From Candidatus Hydrogenedentota bacterium (GTDB lineage: Bacteria > Hydrogenedentota > Hydrogenedentia > Hydrogenedentales > SLHB01): DNA of 64,000 bases. Numbering within the stretch: position 1 is the first letter of the stretch; each line of letters starts with the position of its first letter. Made by a program: the position numbers and the translations under genes. Below the pieces are notes generated by a model that had not been told where the DNA came from, searched no databases, and was given only the letters and a program-made list of their open reading frames with translations. Location: positions 1-64,000 of the forward strand of contig JARKSN010000288.1 of the NCBI GenBank assembly GCA_029974275.1. The letters are read 5' to 3'. Of this stretch, positions 51,798-61,930 are shown piece by piece.

Positions 51798-52249
51798 TGG
51801 CTGAGAACAGGGCCCTATACGAGCAGGTTATCCTGGAACACAACAAAAGCCCGCGCAATTTTCGCGAGATGACCTGTGCCGATTGCAAAGCCGACGGTTT
51901 CAATCCTTTATGCGGCGACCAGTTCACGATCTACTTGAAGTTCGAGGACGACAAGATCGTCGACGTCAGCTTCAAAGGGTGCGGGTGCGCGATCAGCAAG
52001 TCCTCCGCATCGATCATGACGACTTTGCTCAAGGGAAAAACCAAGAAAGAGGCCGAATCCCTTTTCGTCAAATTCCACGCCCTCGTCACGTCCGAACCCG
52101 ACGCGCCCGTCAACGCCGAAGACCTGGGCCGCTTGGCCGTGTTCTGCGGCGTGCGCGAATACCCCGTGCGCATCAAATGCGCCACCCTCGCCTGGCACAC
52201 CATGCTCGCCGCTCTCGACGGCAAGGGCGATCCCATATCGACGGAATGA
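51797..52249 (+). CDS. sufU: SUF system sulfur-transfer protein SufU
   Basis: NPLCGD, GCAISKSS, RIKCATLAWH. Confidence 0.96.
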   Translation: MAENRALYEQVILEHNKSPRNFREMTCADCKADGFNPLCGDQFTIYLKFEDDKIVDVSFKGCGCAISKSSASIMTTLLKGKTKKEAESLFVKFHALVTSEPDAPVNAEDLGRLAVFCGVREYPVRIKCATLAWHTMLAALDGKGDPISTE

Positions 52250-52921
52250 TTACGGACGGGACTCCCCCGCCGCGGCAGGATCAAGAAACCATTCGGCGTC
52301 CGCGAGTTGGCCCGCGGGCAATTCGCCCCGTTGGACGCGCGCCAAGGCCGCTGCCTTGTCCGCGCCCGCGACCAGGAACCATCGACGCCGCGCGGCGCGC
52401 AGCAACGGGAACGTCATCGTCACGCGGCGCACAGCCCGCTGCGGAACCTCGTTGAAAACAACCAGTCGCGCCGCTTCGTCCAGCGCTGCCGAATTCGGAA
52501 AAAGCGAGGCCGTATGCCCGTCCGCGCCCATGCCTAAAAAAACGAAATCGAGCGCGGGACATCCATCCGGTCCCTCGGGAACACGGTCGCGCAGCAGGCG
52601 CTCATATGCCTCGGCGGCCGTATCGCGCTCGACCTCGATGCGGTGCGCGACGATTCCGTTCTCGCGGGCAAGCAGTTCCGCGGCGATCAGGCGCCAGTTC
52701 GAGTCCTCATGATCGGGCGGCACGCAGCGCTCGTCCACTTGCCATATCTCGACCCGCTCCCACGGCACGGCGCCGCGAAATTCCGTCGCCAGCAAGCGAA
52801 ACAACTGCCGGGGCGTGGAACCGCCCGACAAGGCCACGTGGACCCGTCCATCGCGCGGCAGTTCCGCCGCAAACCGTTCCGCAAGCGCCCGCGCGGGATC
52901 ATCCGCAACGTGCAGGTTCAT
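52250..52921 (-). CDS. pgl: 6-phosphogluconolactonase
   Basis: ALSGGSTP, DERCVP..SN, LGMGADGHTASLFP; ATGA overlap with zwf. Confidence 0.95.
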   Translation of the reverse strand: MNLHVADDPARALAERFAAELPRDGRVHVALSGGSTPRQLFRLLATEFRGAVPWERVEIWQVDERCVPPDHEDSNWRLIAAELLARENGIVAHRIEVERDTAAEAYERLLRDRVPEGPDGCPALDFVFLGMGADGHTASLFPNSAALDEAARLVVFNEVPQRAVRRVTMTFPLLRAARRRWFLVAGADKAAALARVQRGELPAGQLADAEWFLDPAAAGESRP

Positions 52922-54468
52922 AGCGTGCGCCATGCGCCTTGGCAACAAGCAAAGAGGCGATCGGCCTCCGGAGGCCCCCAGGTTCCGGGCCGGTACAATT
53001 CGGGAAGAGGCGCGTCCTTCCAGGCGTCCCTCACCGACGTGACGATCCGCCACGCACGCTCGATCTCGTCGGCGCGCATGAACAACGTCGAATCGCCGCG
53101 CAGGGCATCCAGCAACAGCCGCTCGTACGCCTCGGGCAAATCTTGCTCGAACGCCGTGCCATACCGAAAATCCATCGCCACCGGCTCAAGCAGGAATTCC
53201 ATGCCGGGCGGTTTCGCGCTGAAGGTCAACGAGATGGCCTCGTCGGGCTGAATGCGGAACGACAACACGTTGGGTTGCGGCAATTTCACGCCAAGGTCCT
53301 TGAAGCATTGCGTTGGAGGCCGGCGGAACTGAAGGGCGATCTCCGTTACGCGCGAGGCCATGCGCTTGCCGGTTCGAAGGTAGAACGGCACGCCCGCCCA
53401 ACGCCAGTTGTCGACATACAGACGCAACGCGACATAGGTTTCCGTTTTGCTATCGGGCGCAACCCCCTGTTCGGCGACGTATCCCGGCATGCCGCCGCCC
53501 TCGGCGTACTGTCCGCGCACGCACCACGTTTCCAGCGGGTCTCCAAAGGGGAGCGCAACGGAGCTGAGGACCTTGAGTTTTTCGTCTCGGATGTCCTGGG
53601 CGGCGAAGCGAGCGGGCGGCTCCATCGCAACGAGACAGAGCAACTGCAAGGCGTGATTCTGCACGACATCGCGCAGGGCCCCGGTCTGGTCGTAGAACGC
53701 GCCGCGCCGGCCTTCCATGCCGACGGTTTCGGCGACGGTGATCTGCACGTGATCGACGTAGTGGTGATGGAACAACGGTTCGAAGATCGCGTTGCCCAAT
53801 CGAAACGCGAAGATGTTCTGGACGGTTTCCTTGCCGAGGTAATGATCGATGCGGTATATCTGACGTTCGCTGAGCACGGCACGCAAGGAACGGTTCAACG
53901 CCTCCGCCGACGCGGCGTCCTCGCCAAACGGCTTTTCCACCACCACCCTCGCCCAAGGCCCCTCCGGGCGATCATCCAACATGCCCGCCGCGCCCAGGCG
54001 TTCCGTTACGGGCGCGAAATATTCGGGGCTCGTCGCGAGATAAAACAACCGCGACCCCGCAAACCCGGCGCGCTGTTCCATGGCGGCAAGCCGTTCGCCA
54101 AGCTTGCGGTACTCGGCGGCGGCGGCGCTGAATTCCAGGGAATGATAGTGCAGATTCGCGACGAACGGATCGCAGGTGTCGCTTTCGCCGTGGCCCGTGC
54201 GCGAGTATTTTTTGAGAGCTTCGCACATCTCCGCGCGGAACTCGGCATCGGTCTTCTGCTTGCGCGCCACCCCAACCACCGCGATGCGCTCCGGCAAAAA
54301 GCCCGCGCGCCACAAATTGTAGACCGCGGGGATCAGTTTGCGCCCCGCCAGATCGCCCGTCACGCCGAAGATGACGATGGTCGCCATGGCGTCCGCGGCG
54401 ATCCGGTAACGGGAATCGCCTGGCGACGGCGAAGGTTGTTGGAGCGCAGTGGTCGAGATGAAAGACAT
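52918..54468 (-). CDS. zwf: Glucose-6-phosphate dehydrogenase
   Basis: GVTGDLA, EKPFG, RIDHYLGKE, WAGVPFYLRTGK. Confidence 0.98.
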   Translation of the reverse strand: MSFISTTALQQPSPSPGDSRYRIAADAMATIVIFGVTGDLAGRKLIPAVYNLWRAGFLPERIAVVGVARKQKTDAEFRAEMCEALKKYSRTGHGESDTCDPFVANLHYHSLEFSAAAAEYRKLGERLAAMEQRAGFAGSRLFYLATSPEYFAPVTERLGAAGMLDDRPEGPWARVVVEKPFGEDAASAEALNRSLRAVLSERQIYRIDHYLGKETVQNIFAFRLGNAIFEPLFHHHYVDHVQITVAETVGMEGRRGAFYDQTGALRDVVQNHALQLLCLVAMEPPARFAAQDIRDEKLKVLSSVALPFGDPLETWCVRGQYAEGGGMPGYVAEQGVAPDSKTETYVALRLYVDNWRWAGVPFYLRTGKRMASRVTEIALQFRRPPTQCFKDLGVKLPQPNVLSFRIQPDEAISLTFSAKPPGMEFLLEPVAMDFRYGTAFEQDLPEAYERLLLDALRGDSTLFMRADEIERAWRIVTSVRDAWKDAPLPELYRPGTWGPPEADRLFACCQGAWRTL

Positions 54469-54610
54469 GCAACACCTCCTGGGCTGTTCGGTCGACGCGT
54501 CAAACAGCAGGCCGCATTATGCCACACGCCGATCCAAGCGCCAAGAGGGGAAGCCGCGATGCCGCATCAGGGGCGCCGCCTTTTCGTCTTCTTTTCGCCG
54601 AGGCGCGCTG

Positions 54611-55966
54611 TTACAACGGCTCTTCTTCGGACGCGCGCCTGGGGCGGACAATGCGCCGCGGGGGCGGCTGGAGCTTGAATCCCGCGATGCCGCCCGCGAT
54701 GAGGACATAGATGGGGTTGAGCATGGCGTTCAAGAGGCCGTCGAGCATGAAAAGCGGCAGCAACAACGCCACGGCCGTCACGGGCGCCAAGGCGGGATGA
54801 GACCAATGTCGCACGCGTATCTGGAGCAGCAACAACGCGACCGGCCCCAAAATGAGCAGCAACAGCGCGCCCAACCCAAACAAGCCCTTCGATCCAAACG
54901 TTATGATCCACAGCCCGTCCACGAGGGTCCGGTCCTCGCCGCTGTCGCTGGTGACGCGCGCCCTCCCCCAGCCGTCCCAGCCAAACACAGGACGCTCCAG
55001 GGCCTTGGCCGCCATGCGGTCCTCGGTCGTCAATCGCACCTGCAGCGAGGCGGCGCGGTCCGGGCCGAAATACGTCTGGGCGCGGGAAATAATGGGGCCC
55101 GCTGGAATGATATCGCTGGTGCGCCCGGCAATGTACGCCACCGGCAAAAAGATGAGAACCAGCACGACGATCGGCGAACGCAGCCACTTGATGCCCGCCA
55201 GAACGCCCAGCCCCAGGAACAGCAACACCGTCGCCCCCGTGGCCTTGCAACACACCGTGGTGAGACAGAGAAAACCGGAAACCATCCAGCCGGGGATTTT
55301 TCGGAAACGCTTCATGGCTCCAGTAACCCACAGCCACGAGGCCACAAACGAGGCGGACATCATCCAAATGCCGACCATAAGGCCGTGGCTCATGAAAACC
55401 ATGGGCCGCCAACCGCCGTAGCGGTACGTCGAGGAAAAGCTGCTTTGGTAATAGCCGTATATCCAATAGTTGAGCTGGGGACTCATGCGTATCTCGAACC
55501 AGCAAAGCGGCGCATAGAAAAGCCCGCCTATCAGAATGCCGTAGGCCAGTTCGCGAAGAGACTCAATCCGGGTGAAGTAGAGCCGACCGATGAAGTAGGG
55601 CAGTCCCCAATCGATGACATCGCCAAAGCTGAGCGACAAGCCGTTGTAGATGCCCAGTCCGTTTGCCAACGACGAAAACAGCGAACTGGCGCACCACGCC
55701 ACGGGAACGAGGTCGAACCATTTGGGCCGGAACGACGCGAGCCGGCCGGGATCGAGCAGGGCGACGCCCAGCAGCACGCCCAGGGTGGTGGCCATGGCCT
55801 TTGTGTATTCCGGCAGTCCCTGCGGGGCCTTGAAATGGGCGTTCGGCAAAAACAGCCACGCCAGAATGAACGCCGCGATGATGGCGCGGGTCGGCTTGAG
55901 CGCGAAAAACAGAAACAGCACGAACGGTATCCATCCAAACAACGTCAATGGAACGAGAAAGGTCAT
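54611..55966 (-). CDS. O-antigen polymerase/ligase-like (Wzy_C) membrane protein
   Basis: Many TM helices; RYGGWRPMVF, ERPVFGWDGWGR, DGLWI. Confidence 0.8.
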   Translation of the reverse strand: MTFLVPLTLFGWIPFVLFLFFALKPTRAIIAAFILAWLFLPNAHFKAPQGLPEYTKAMATTLGVLLGVALLDPGRLASFRPKWFDLVPVAWCASSLFSSLANGLGIYNGLSLSFGDVIDWGLPYFIGRLYFTRIESLRELAYGILIGGLFYAPLCWFEIRMSPQLNYWIYGYYQSSFSSTYRYGGWRPMVFMSHGLMVGIWMMSASFVASWLWVTGAMKRFRKIPGWMVSGFLCLTTVCCKATGATVLLFLGLGVLAGIKWLRSPIVVLVLIFLPVAYIAGRTSDIIPAGPIISRAQTYFGPDRAASLQVRLTTEDRMAAKALERPVFGWDGWGRARVTSDSGEDRTLVDGLWIITFGSKGLFGLGALLLLILGPVALLLLQIRVRHWSHPALAPVTAVALLLPLFMLDGLLNAMLNPIYVLIAGGIAGFKLQPPPRRIVRPRRASEEEPL

Positions 55967-57075
55967 GGTTGCTGGGCCCTGTCGTTCGCCGGAACCGTCG
56001 CAGAACAGGCGACAATGCGCGTCAATTCGCTCTCGAACAGGCGCGCCGACGTGCGCCAGTCGCGCGCGCAAGCGGTGGCATAGGCCGCGGCGGACATGGC
56101 CCGCCACGCATCGTCGGAAAGCCCGCACAGCCGTTCGATGGCGTCGGCCATGGCATCGGCGTCGCCGCGTTGTATCAGATAACCGCCCCCGTTTGCCAGC
56201 AGTTCCGGAGCCGCCCCGGCGCAGGTGGCGATCACCGGCGTGCGACAGGCCATGGACTCAAGCAAGGGAAGCCCATATCCTTCTTGGCGGCTGCTCCACA
56301 ACCAGGCATCGCACGAAGCATAGATGCCGCGCAAGGCCTGTTGCGCGGGCCGCAGCGTGTAGGCGGTCTTCGGGGGCAACGGCAGGGCGCCGGAGGGAGG
56401 CGTTGCGCCGAAAGCGACTGCCCGAAGCCCTGGAATGCGTGTGCGCGCGCGCTCGATGGCGCGAATCGCGACGTCCACGGACTTGAGCGGCGAGGTCGAA
56501 TACACGAAGCCAACCGTTGGCGCGGCCTGTTTGCCGCGTTCCGGGGCACGGAAAACGTCCAGGTCCACGCCGTTGGGCACGAGCGCGACATCATGCACGC
56601 CGAAACGCTCCGCCGCCACATCCACCAACCACTGCGACACGGCAATGCGATGCATGGGATGGCGCCATGCCGCATCGCAACGAACATCATCATCGTCGGA
56701 AGACTTCTCGTATCCCTGGGCGAAGTAGACCTTCTGGCCCTTTCGCGCCGGAAACGAGGCGATCCAGTTCGCGGTGGCCCACCATGTGGCGACGATAACG
56801 TCCGCGTCGGGAACGTCGTCCGCCTCGACAGGGCGAAAGTCCCGCAACACACGGTGGGGAACGTCCAACGCATCCACATGCGACGAAACCGCGCCGACAG
56901 ACGCACGCTTTCCCTGGACCAGGGCCCTAAGCCTTTCGCGAAAAGAAAGAGGCCGCGGCGGACGCGAGACGACAAGAACCTCGTGTCCCTGTCGCCGAAG
57001 GCTGTCGGCGTACATCGCCACGACGCGCACGCCCCCCGAAAGGTCGGCATGCGCCAGCACAAAGGTCACTCGCAT
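55963..57075 (-). CDS. Glycosyltransferase family 4
   Basis: SGGVRV, VPNGVD, EGYGLPLLESMACRTPV. Confidence 0.93.
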   Translation of the reverse strand: MRVTFVLAHADLSGGVRVVAMYADSLRRQGHEVLVVSRPPRPLSFRERLRALVQGKRASVGAVSSHVDALDVPHRVLRDFRPVEADDVPDADVIVATWWATANWIASFPARKGQKVYFAQGYEKSSDDDDVRCDAAWRHPMHRIAVSQWLVDVAAERFGVHDVALVPNGVDLDVFRAPERGKQAAPTVGFVYSTSPLKSVDVAIRAIERARTRIPGLRAVAFGATPPSGALPLPPKTAYTLRPAQQALRGIYASCDAWLWSSRQEGYGLPLLESMACRTPVIATCAGAAPELLANGGGYLIQRGDADAMADAIERLCGLSDDAWRAMSAAAYATACARDWRTSARLFESELTRIVACSATVPANDRAQQP

Positions 57076-57090
57076 GGCGCATCTTTCATA

Positions 57091-57990
57091 TCAACGTCCC
57101 CTCCAGGCGCAGAAGGCGGCGCGCCATGACCCGACGCGGAAGGGCTCTCGAAACAACGCCCGGCAGGCATGTTTTCGCGCGGTGGCGACATGTCCGGCAT
57201 CCAGAGCCCACCACGCCCATTTGAGATGTTGCGCCGCCAGAGACAGGGGGGCTTCATCCACCTGCAGCAGCGAATCGCCAGGTTCCGGAAGGTTCCTGCG
57301 CGCATACGCGTCGCGCAAAACAGCCTCGGTGCAACGGCGCGTCACGTCGGCTCGGGCATGGCTGACGCTGCGCGAATGTTGCCGGTATTTCAGCACGCGC
57401 TGCGGCACGTTGGCCAACTTGCCCCGTTCGGCAAACCGCAGGAACAAATCGAGGTCTTCGCCCGCGGCAAACGCTTCGCGGTACCCGCCAATCGCCAGGG
57501 CCGCCTCGCGCCGGAACATCGACGCCGGATGCGCCAACGCGCCGCCCTGCCCTTGCATGTGAAATCGGTCGATGTCCTCGTGCGCCTCATGCGTGCACGC
57601 CTCACGAATCGGCCATCCCTCCGCGTCCACGATCAGAATGCGCCCGCCCACCGCCAAACATTCGGGATGGGCGTCCAGATACGCCGCTTGCAGCGCAAGA
57701 CGATCCGGCAAGGAGACATCGTCGGCATCCATGACCGCAACGCACTCGCCCTGCGCCAACCCAAGGGCCTCATTGCGCGTGGGCGTAATGCCGCGATTGG
57801 GGCGGCTTATCATGCGGATGCGGCCGTCGCGCTGCGCATAGTCCTCGATGATTGCCCGCGACTCGTCGGTCGAACCATCGTCGATGATGATGAATTCAAA
57901 CTCGCGAAGGGTCTGATCGAGCATGCTCTCGATCGCCTCGCGAAGATAGGGGCCAGCGTTGTAAACAGGCATGGCGACGCTGACGCGCAT
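57091..57990 (-). CDS. Glycosyltransferase family 2
   Basis: VAMPVYN, IIDDGSTD, MDADD, EDLDL. Confidence 0.94.
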   Translation of the reverse strand: MRVSVAMPVYNAGPYLREAIESMLDQTLREFEFIIIDDGSTDESRAIIEDYAQRDGRIRMISRPNRGITPTRNEALGLAQGECVAVMDADDVSLPDRLALQAAYLDAHPECLAVGGRILIVDAEGWPIREACTHEAHEDIDRFHMQGQGGALAHPASMFRREAALAIGGYREAFAAGEDLDLFLRFAERGKLANVPQRVLKYRQHSRSVSHARADVTRRCTEAVLRDAYARRNLPEPGDSLLQVDEAPLSLAAQHLKWAWWALDAGHVATARKHACRALFREPFRVGSWRAAFCAWRGR

Positions 57991-58922
57991 TACCCCGCCC
58001 TCCGGGTCGGCTTCACCAGGGCGCATACAAGAAGCCGCCACCCTTCCATGGAAAAAGGCCGCGCCGCAATGGCTTTGCCGCCATACGCCCGGGCGGTATG
58101 CCGCTCGCCGCTATTGAAGGCCCACCAGCCGTATTTAAGCGCGAAACGATGCTTCGACAGGCGGTCTTCGCCGGGTCGCCAAGGCGCGTCGGCCTCGAAG
58201 GACGATGCCACGCCCCGTCGCTCGCAGGCGCGCGCACACGCCAAGCGCATGCGATCAATTTGCCGGGAGCCTGCGGCCTCGCTCACCGACGCCGGGTGCA
58301 GCCGGTACTGCAACACGGTCTCGGGAACATTGGCCAACTCCCCTTGCTCGCCTAGCCTGAGCCACAGGTCCAAGTCTTCGGCGAGCATCATATCGGGGTC
58401 ATATGCTCCAGCGGCAAGCACGGCCTCCTTGCGCATAACCGCCGTCGGGTGGCAGATCGGAGTCTTGCCCTGCAGGGCCAGTTCTTGGATGCGCGCATTG
58501 CCCTGCGCGACGGGTATCCGCGTGATCCGACGGCCCTTCTCGTCTATGACATCGATTCCGCCGCCTGCGCACACAACCTCGGGATGCGCCGCTAGGAAGT
58601 CCGCCTGCACGCGCAGCCGATGGGGCAAGGCGATATCGTCGGCGTCCATGCGCGCGATGAACGGCGCACGGGCAAGGGCAATGCCTTCGTTCAAGGACGC
58701 GACCAATCCCCGGTTCTCGCGCCGGACAAGCCGGATGCGCGGATCGCGTCGGGCATAGTCGTCGAGAATCTCCGCCGATCCATCGGTCGAACCGTCGTCG
58801 ATGATGAGGAACTCGAAGTCGACGAAGTCCTGATCGAGAATGCTCTCCACGGCCTTGGCGACGTAGCGGCGCGCGTTGTACACCGGCATAAGGACGCTGA
58901 GGGAAACGTCGCGATCACGCAT
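57990..58922 (-). CDS. Glycosyltransferase family 2 (paralog of neighbour)
   Basis: VLMPVYN, IIDDGSTD, RMDADD, AEDLDLW. Confidence 0.94.
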   Translation of the reverse strand: MRDRDVSLSVLMPVYNARRYVAKAVESILDQDFVDFEFLIIDDGSTDGSAEILDDYARRDPRIRLVRRENRGLVASLNEGIALARAPFIARMDADDIALPHRLRVQADFLAAHPEVVCAGGGIDVIDEKGRRITRIPVAQGNARIQELALQGKTPICHPTAVMRKEAVLAAGAYDPDMMLAEDLDLWLRLGEQGELANVPETVLQYRLHPASVSEAAGSRQIDRMRLACARACERRGVASSFEADAPWRPGEDRLSKHRFALKYGWWAFNSGERHTARAYGGKAIAARPFSMEGWRLLVCALVKPTRRAG

Positions 58923-60183
58923 GCGCCAGCGTCTCCTGCACAAAACGCGCATACGCCGCGCGCCCGGCCGCTATCTGCCGTTCCGCAGCGATCAGAAGCG
59001 GCGCCCGCGCATCGTCCGCCGATTCCCATGCCTGATTCAAATTCTCCATCAACCGCATTTCCAGCGCCGGATCGTCCAGAAACACGACAACGCACCCCGC
59101 GCCAAAGGCCTCCATCAACCCGAGAAACTTGTCCGTATAGTACGGAGACCGCGCCAACGCGACAACCGGAATGCCTTGCGACAACGCAAACACGCCCGCA
59201 TGATAACTGCCCGTGAGCGCGACGCGGCACTTGCCGGCCTGGCGGATGATCGATTGCGGCGTGTCCGTACACGCGGCGTCCAGGGGCATATCGGAGCCAA
59301 GGAGCGCGCGAATCGAGGCGAGATCGTCCTGACCCTCATAAAAAGATATCGGAAGCGCATGCAACGCGGCCCCCCGGCGCGCCGCAAACTCTTTGATGAC
59401 TCGGCCTGTCTTGGCCAGTTGCTCGGGGTCGATATCGGAATAGGAGGTCAATCGCACATTGACGCCAAGCCCAGTCCCCAGCGCGTCCGGACGTTCCGCA
59501 TGCGCCAACTCGATGGCGTCATCGCCCGTAACCAGCAGCCGTTCGCCGGGAACGCCGAGACGCTGCAGCAGATCGACGCCCCGGCGCCTTTCCCGCAACG
59601 CGATGAGGTCGGCGCGACGAAAAACCTGCCGGGCTGTTTTACGCAGCGACACATTATCGAGGGGGCCAATGCCTTGGCCGAAAAAAGCCGTGGGTTTGCG
59701 TCGCTGTTGCGCCAAGCGCAGCGTGTGAAGCGTCGCCGCGGCGTGAACGGCAAACACGTCCGTCAGATAACCGCCGCCGCTGGCGACCACGGCATCCGCG
59801 GCATCGATGGCTTCCAAGAAAGCGCGCATCGTATCGGTCTCGATTCCCCGGCGCGCCATGCGCGCTGAAATCACGCCGGCGCTGAATCGAGAGCCATTCA
59901 CCCGAAGAAAATCCTCGCATGCGGCAAGCGCCGACTCGGCACACGCAAACAGCCGGAACAAGGGGCCGAGGATGTTGCGCTGTTGCAGCCATACGCGACG
60001 GCCTTGCGTCGAGAGCGGCGCAACGCCCGGACACTGCGCGGCCAACTTGTCCGGATTCGACGTCAACGCCGTGAATCGCGCGCCCGGAACCAACGCGCGA
60101 AAACGCGCGACCAGCGCCTGCAGCATGGCCGCGTCGCCCACGTTGCGAAAATCATAGCTGCCGTTGTCAACGAGAATATGCAT
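58915..60183 (-). CDS. Polysaccharide pyruvyl transferase family protein
   Basis: NVGDAAM, SGGGYLTD, GQGIGP, LRE, SYHAGVFAL. Confidence 0.9.
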   Translation of the reverse strand: MHILVDNGSYDFRNVGDAAMLQALVARFRALVPGARFTALTSNPDKLAAQCPGVAPLSTQGRRVWLQQRNILGPLFRLFACAESALAACEDFLRVNGSRFSAGVISARMARRGIETDTMRAFLEAIDAADAVVASGGGYLTDVFAVHAAATLHTLRLAQQRRKPTAFFGQGIGPLDNVSLRKTARQVFRRADLIALRERRRGVDLLQRLGVPGERLLVTGDDAIELAHAERPDALGTGLGVNVRLTSYSDIDPEQLAKTGRVIKEFAARRGAALHALPISFYEGQDDLASIRALLGSDMPLDAACTDTPQSIIRQAGKCRVALTGSYHAGVFALSQGIPVVALARSPYYTDKFLGLMEAFGAGCVVVFLDDPALEMRLMENLNQAWESADDARAPLLIAAERQIAAGRAAYARFVQETLAHA

Positions 60184-60367
60184 CTTTCGTCCGCAAATCT
60201 TCCCCATGCACATCGGAACCTTGGCGATAGTGTGGGGCCTGATGCCGGAAGAAAGCAAGAGCGGGGAGCGCCTTTCACAAGGCGATTTTGATTCGTTCCA
60301 GCGCCCGGCGGTACAATCCCCCTTTCGCGCGCGGAATGGTCATGCGCGTCGAATACCCGGAGCGGCC

Positions 60368-61762
60368 ATGGCGATTCAGTTTTACAACACGTTGACGCGT
60401 CAAAAGGAAATTTTCGAGCCGATCGATCCGGGCAAGGTCGGGCTGTACACCTGCGGCCCGACGGTCTACAACTTCGCGCATATCGGCAACTTGCGAACGT
60501 TCACCTTCGAGGATTTGCTGCGCCGGCACCTAGAGTACCGCGGATATGCCGTCCGCCACGTCAAAAACATCACGGATGTGGAAGATAAAATCATTCGCAC
60601 CTGCCGCGAAACCGGCGAATCGCTGAAGGCCCTGACCACGCGCTTTTTCGACGCGTTCCTGCAGGACATCGACGCCATCGGCTTGTTGCGCGCCACGGAG
60701 TACCCGCGCGCCACGGATCACATCAACGACATCGTGGCGTTGATTCAAACGCTGCTTGAGAAAGGCTACGCGTATGAATCTGACGGCAGCGTCTATTTCC
60801 GGCTCGGGGCATTCAAGGATTACGGCAAGCTGAGCCACCACGATCTCGACGCCTTGAAGACGGGGGCGAGCGGCCGCGTGGATTCCGACGAGTATGCCAC
60901 GGAAGACGCGCGCGACTTCGCGTTGTGGAAGGCATGGGACGAAGAAGACGGCTCGGTCTTTTGGGAAACGGCCATTGGCAAGGGGCGGCCCGGTTGGCAC
61001 ATCGAGTGTTCGGCAATGAGCACGAAAAGCCTTGGCCCAACGTTCGATATCCATTCTGGCGGCATCGATCTGATGTTTCCGCATCACGAGAACGAGATCG
61101 CGCAGTCGGAAGCCGCGACGGGCAAGCCCTTCGTGCGGTACTGGCTGCATTGCGAGCACTTGATCGTCGAAGGCCGCAAAATGTCGAAGTCGCTCAATAA
61201 CTTTTTCACGCTGCGCGACCTGCTCGATCGAGGCTACGACCCGACGGCCCTGCGATATGTCCTCATCTCGACCCATTACCGGCAGCGCCTCAACTTCTCG
61301 TTCGACGCCGTCGAGGCGGCGAAGGAAACCCTCAATCGGGTGCGCGATTTCCGACTGCGCCTGCGCGCCGTGACGGGGGAAGGCCCCGATCTCATCGAAG
61401 AAACGACGCATTGCGAGGCAAAATTCGCGGCAGCGTTGGACGACGACCTGAATATCGCCGAGGCGATGGCCGCCGTGTTCGATTTCATTCGCGACACGAA
61501 CAAGCTCATTGATCAGAATGGCGTGAGCCTGCAGGGCGCGGCCAACGCGGAAGCCATGTTGGATCGGCTCGACACGGTCGTGGGCGTTTTCGGCATGCCG
61601 GCAGAAGAAGCCCCGGAAGACGTGCAGGCGCTGGCCTTGGAACGGCAAGCGGCCCGCCGCGCAAAAGATTTCAAACGCGCCGATGCAATCCGGGACGAAC
61701 TCGCCGCCAACGGCTGGATCATCGAAGACACGCCGGACGGGCCGCGGCTAAAACGATCGTAG
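60368..61762 (+). CDS. cysS: Cysteine--tRNA ligase
   Basis: CGPTVY..HIGN, GRPGWHIECS, FPHHENE, KMSKS. Confidence 0.99.
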   Translation: MAIQFYNTLTRQKEIFEPIDPGKVGLYTCGPTVYNFAHIGNLRTFTFEDLLRRHLEYRGYAVRHVKNITDVEDKIIRTCRETGESLKALTTRFFDAFLQDIDAIGLLRATEYPRATDHINDIVALIQTLLEKGYAYESDGSVYFRLGAFKDYGKLSHHDLDALKTGASGRVDSDEYATEDARDFALWKAWDEEDGSVFWETAIGKGRPGWHIECSAMSTKSLGPTFDIHSGGIDLMFPHHENEIAQSEAATGKPFVRYWLHCEHLIVEGRKMSKSLNNFFTLRDLLDRGYDPTALRYVLISTHYRQRLNFSFDAVEAAKETLNRVRDFRLRLRAVTGEGPDLIEETTHCEAKFAAALDDDLNIAEAMAAVFDFIRDTNKLIDQNGVSLQGAANAEAMLDRLDTVVGVFGMPAEEAPEDVQALALERQAARRAKDFKRADAIRDELAANGWIIEDTPDGPRLKRS

Positions 61763-61763
61763 G

Positions 61764-61912
61764 AGAGGGAAAGCCTTTTTGAAAAAAGGTTTCCACCGGA
61801 CCTCTTTCCAAAAACTTTTTATGGGTACGCAGCGCACGCACAAGACCTTGACAGAATTCTCAGAAAGGAGTCTGGGGGAGCTTTTCTTTTCCAAAAAGAA
61901 TTTCTCCGGCAG
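61764..61912. repeat. Three-hairpin intergenic repeat, copy 3 (degenerate)
   Basis: GGAAAGCCTTTTT-G-AAAAAAGGTTTCC; CCTCTTTCCAAAAACTTTT; TTCTTTT-CC-AAAAAGAA. Confidence 0.65.
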
Positions 61913-61930
61913 ACGTTGCAAGGAGATCCC

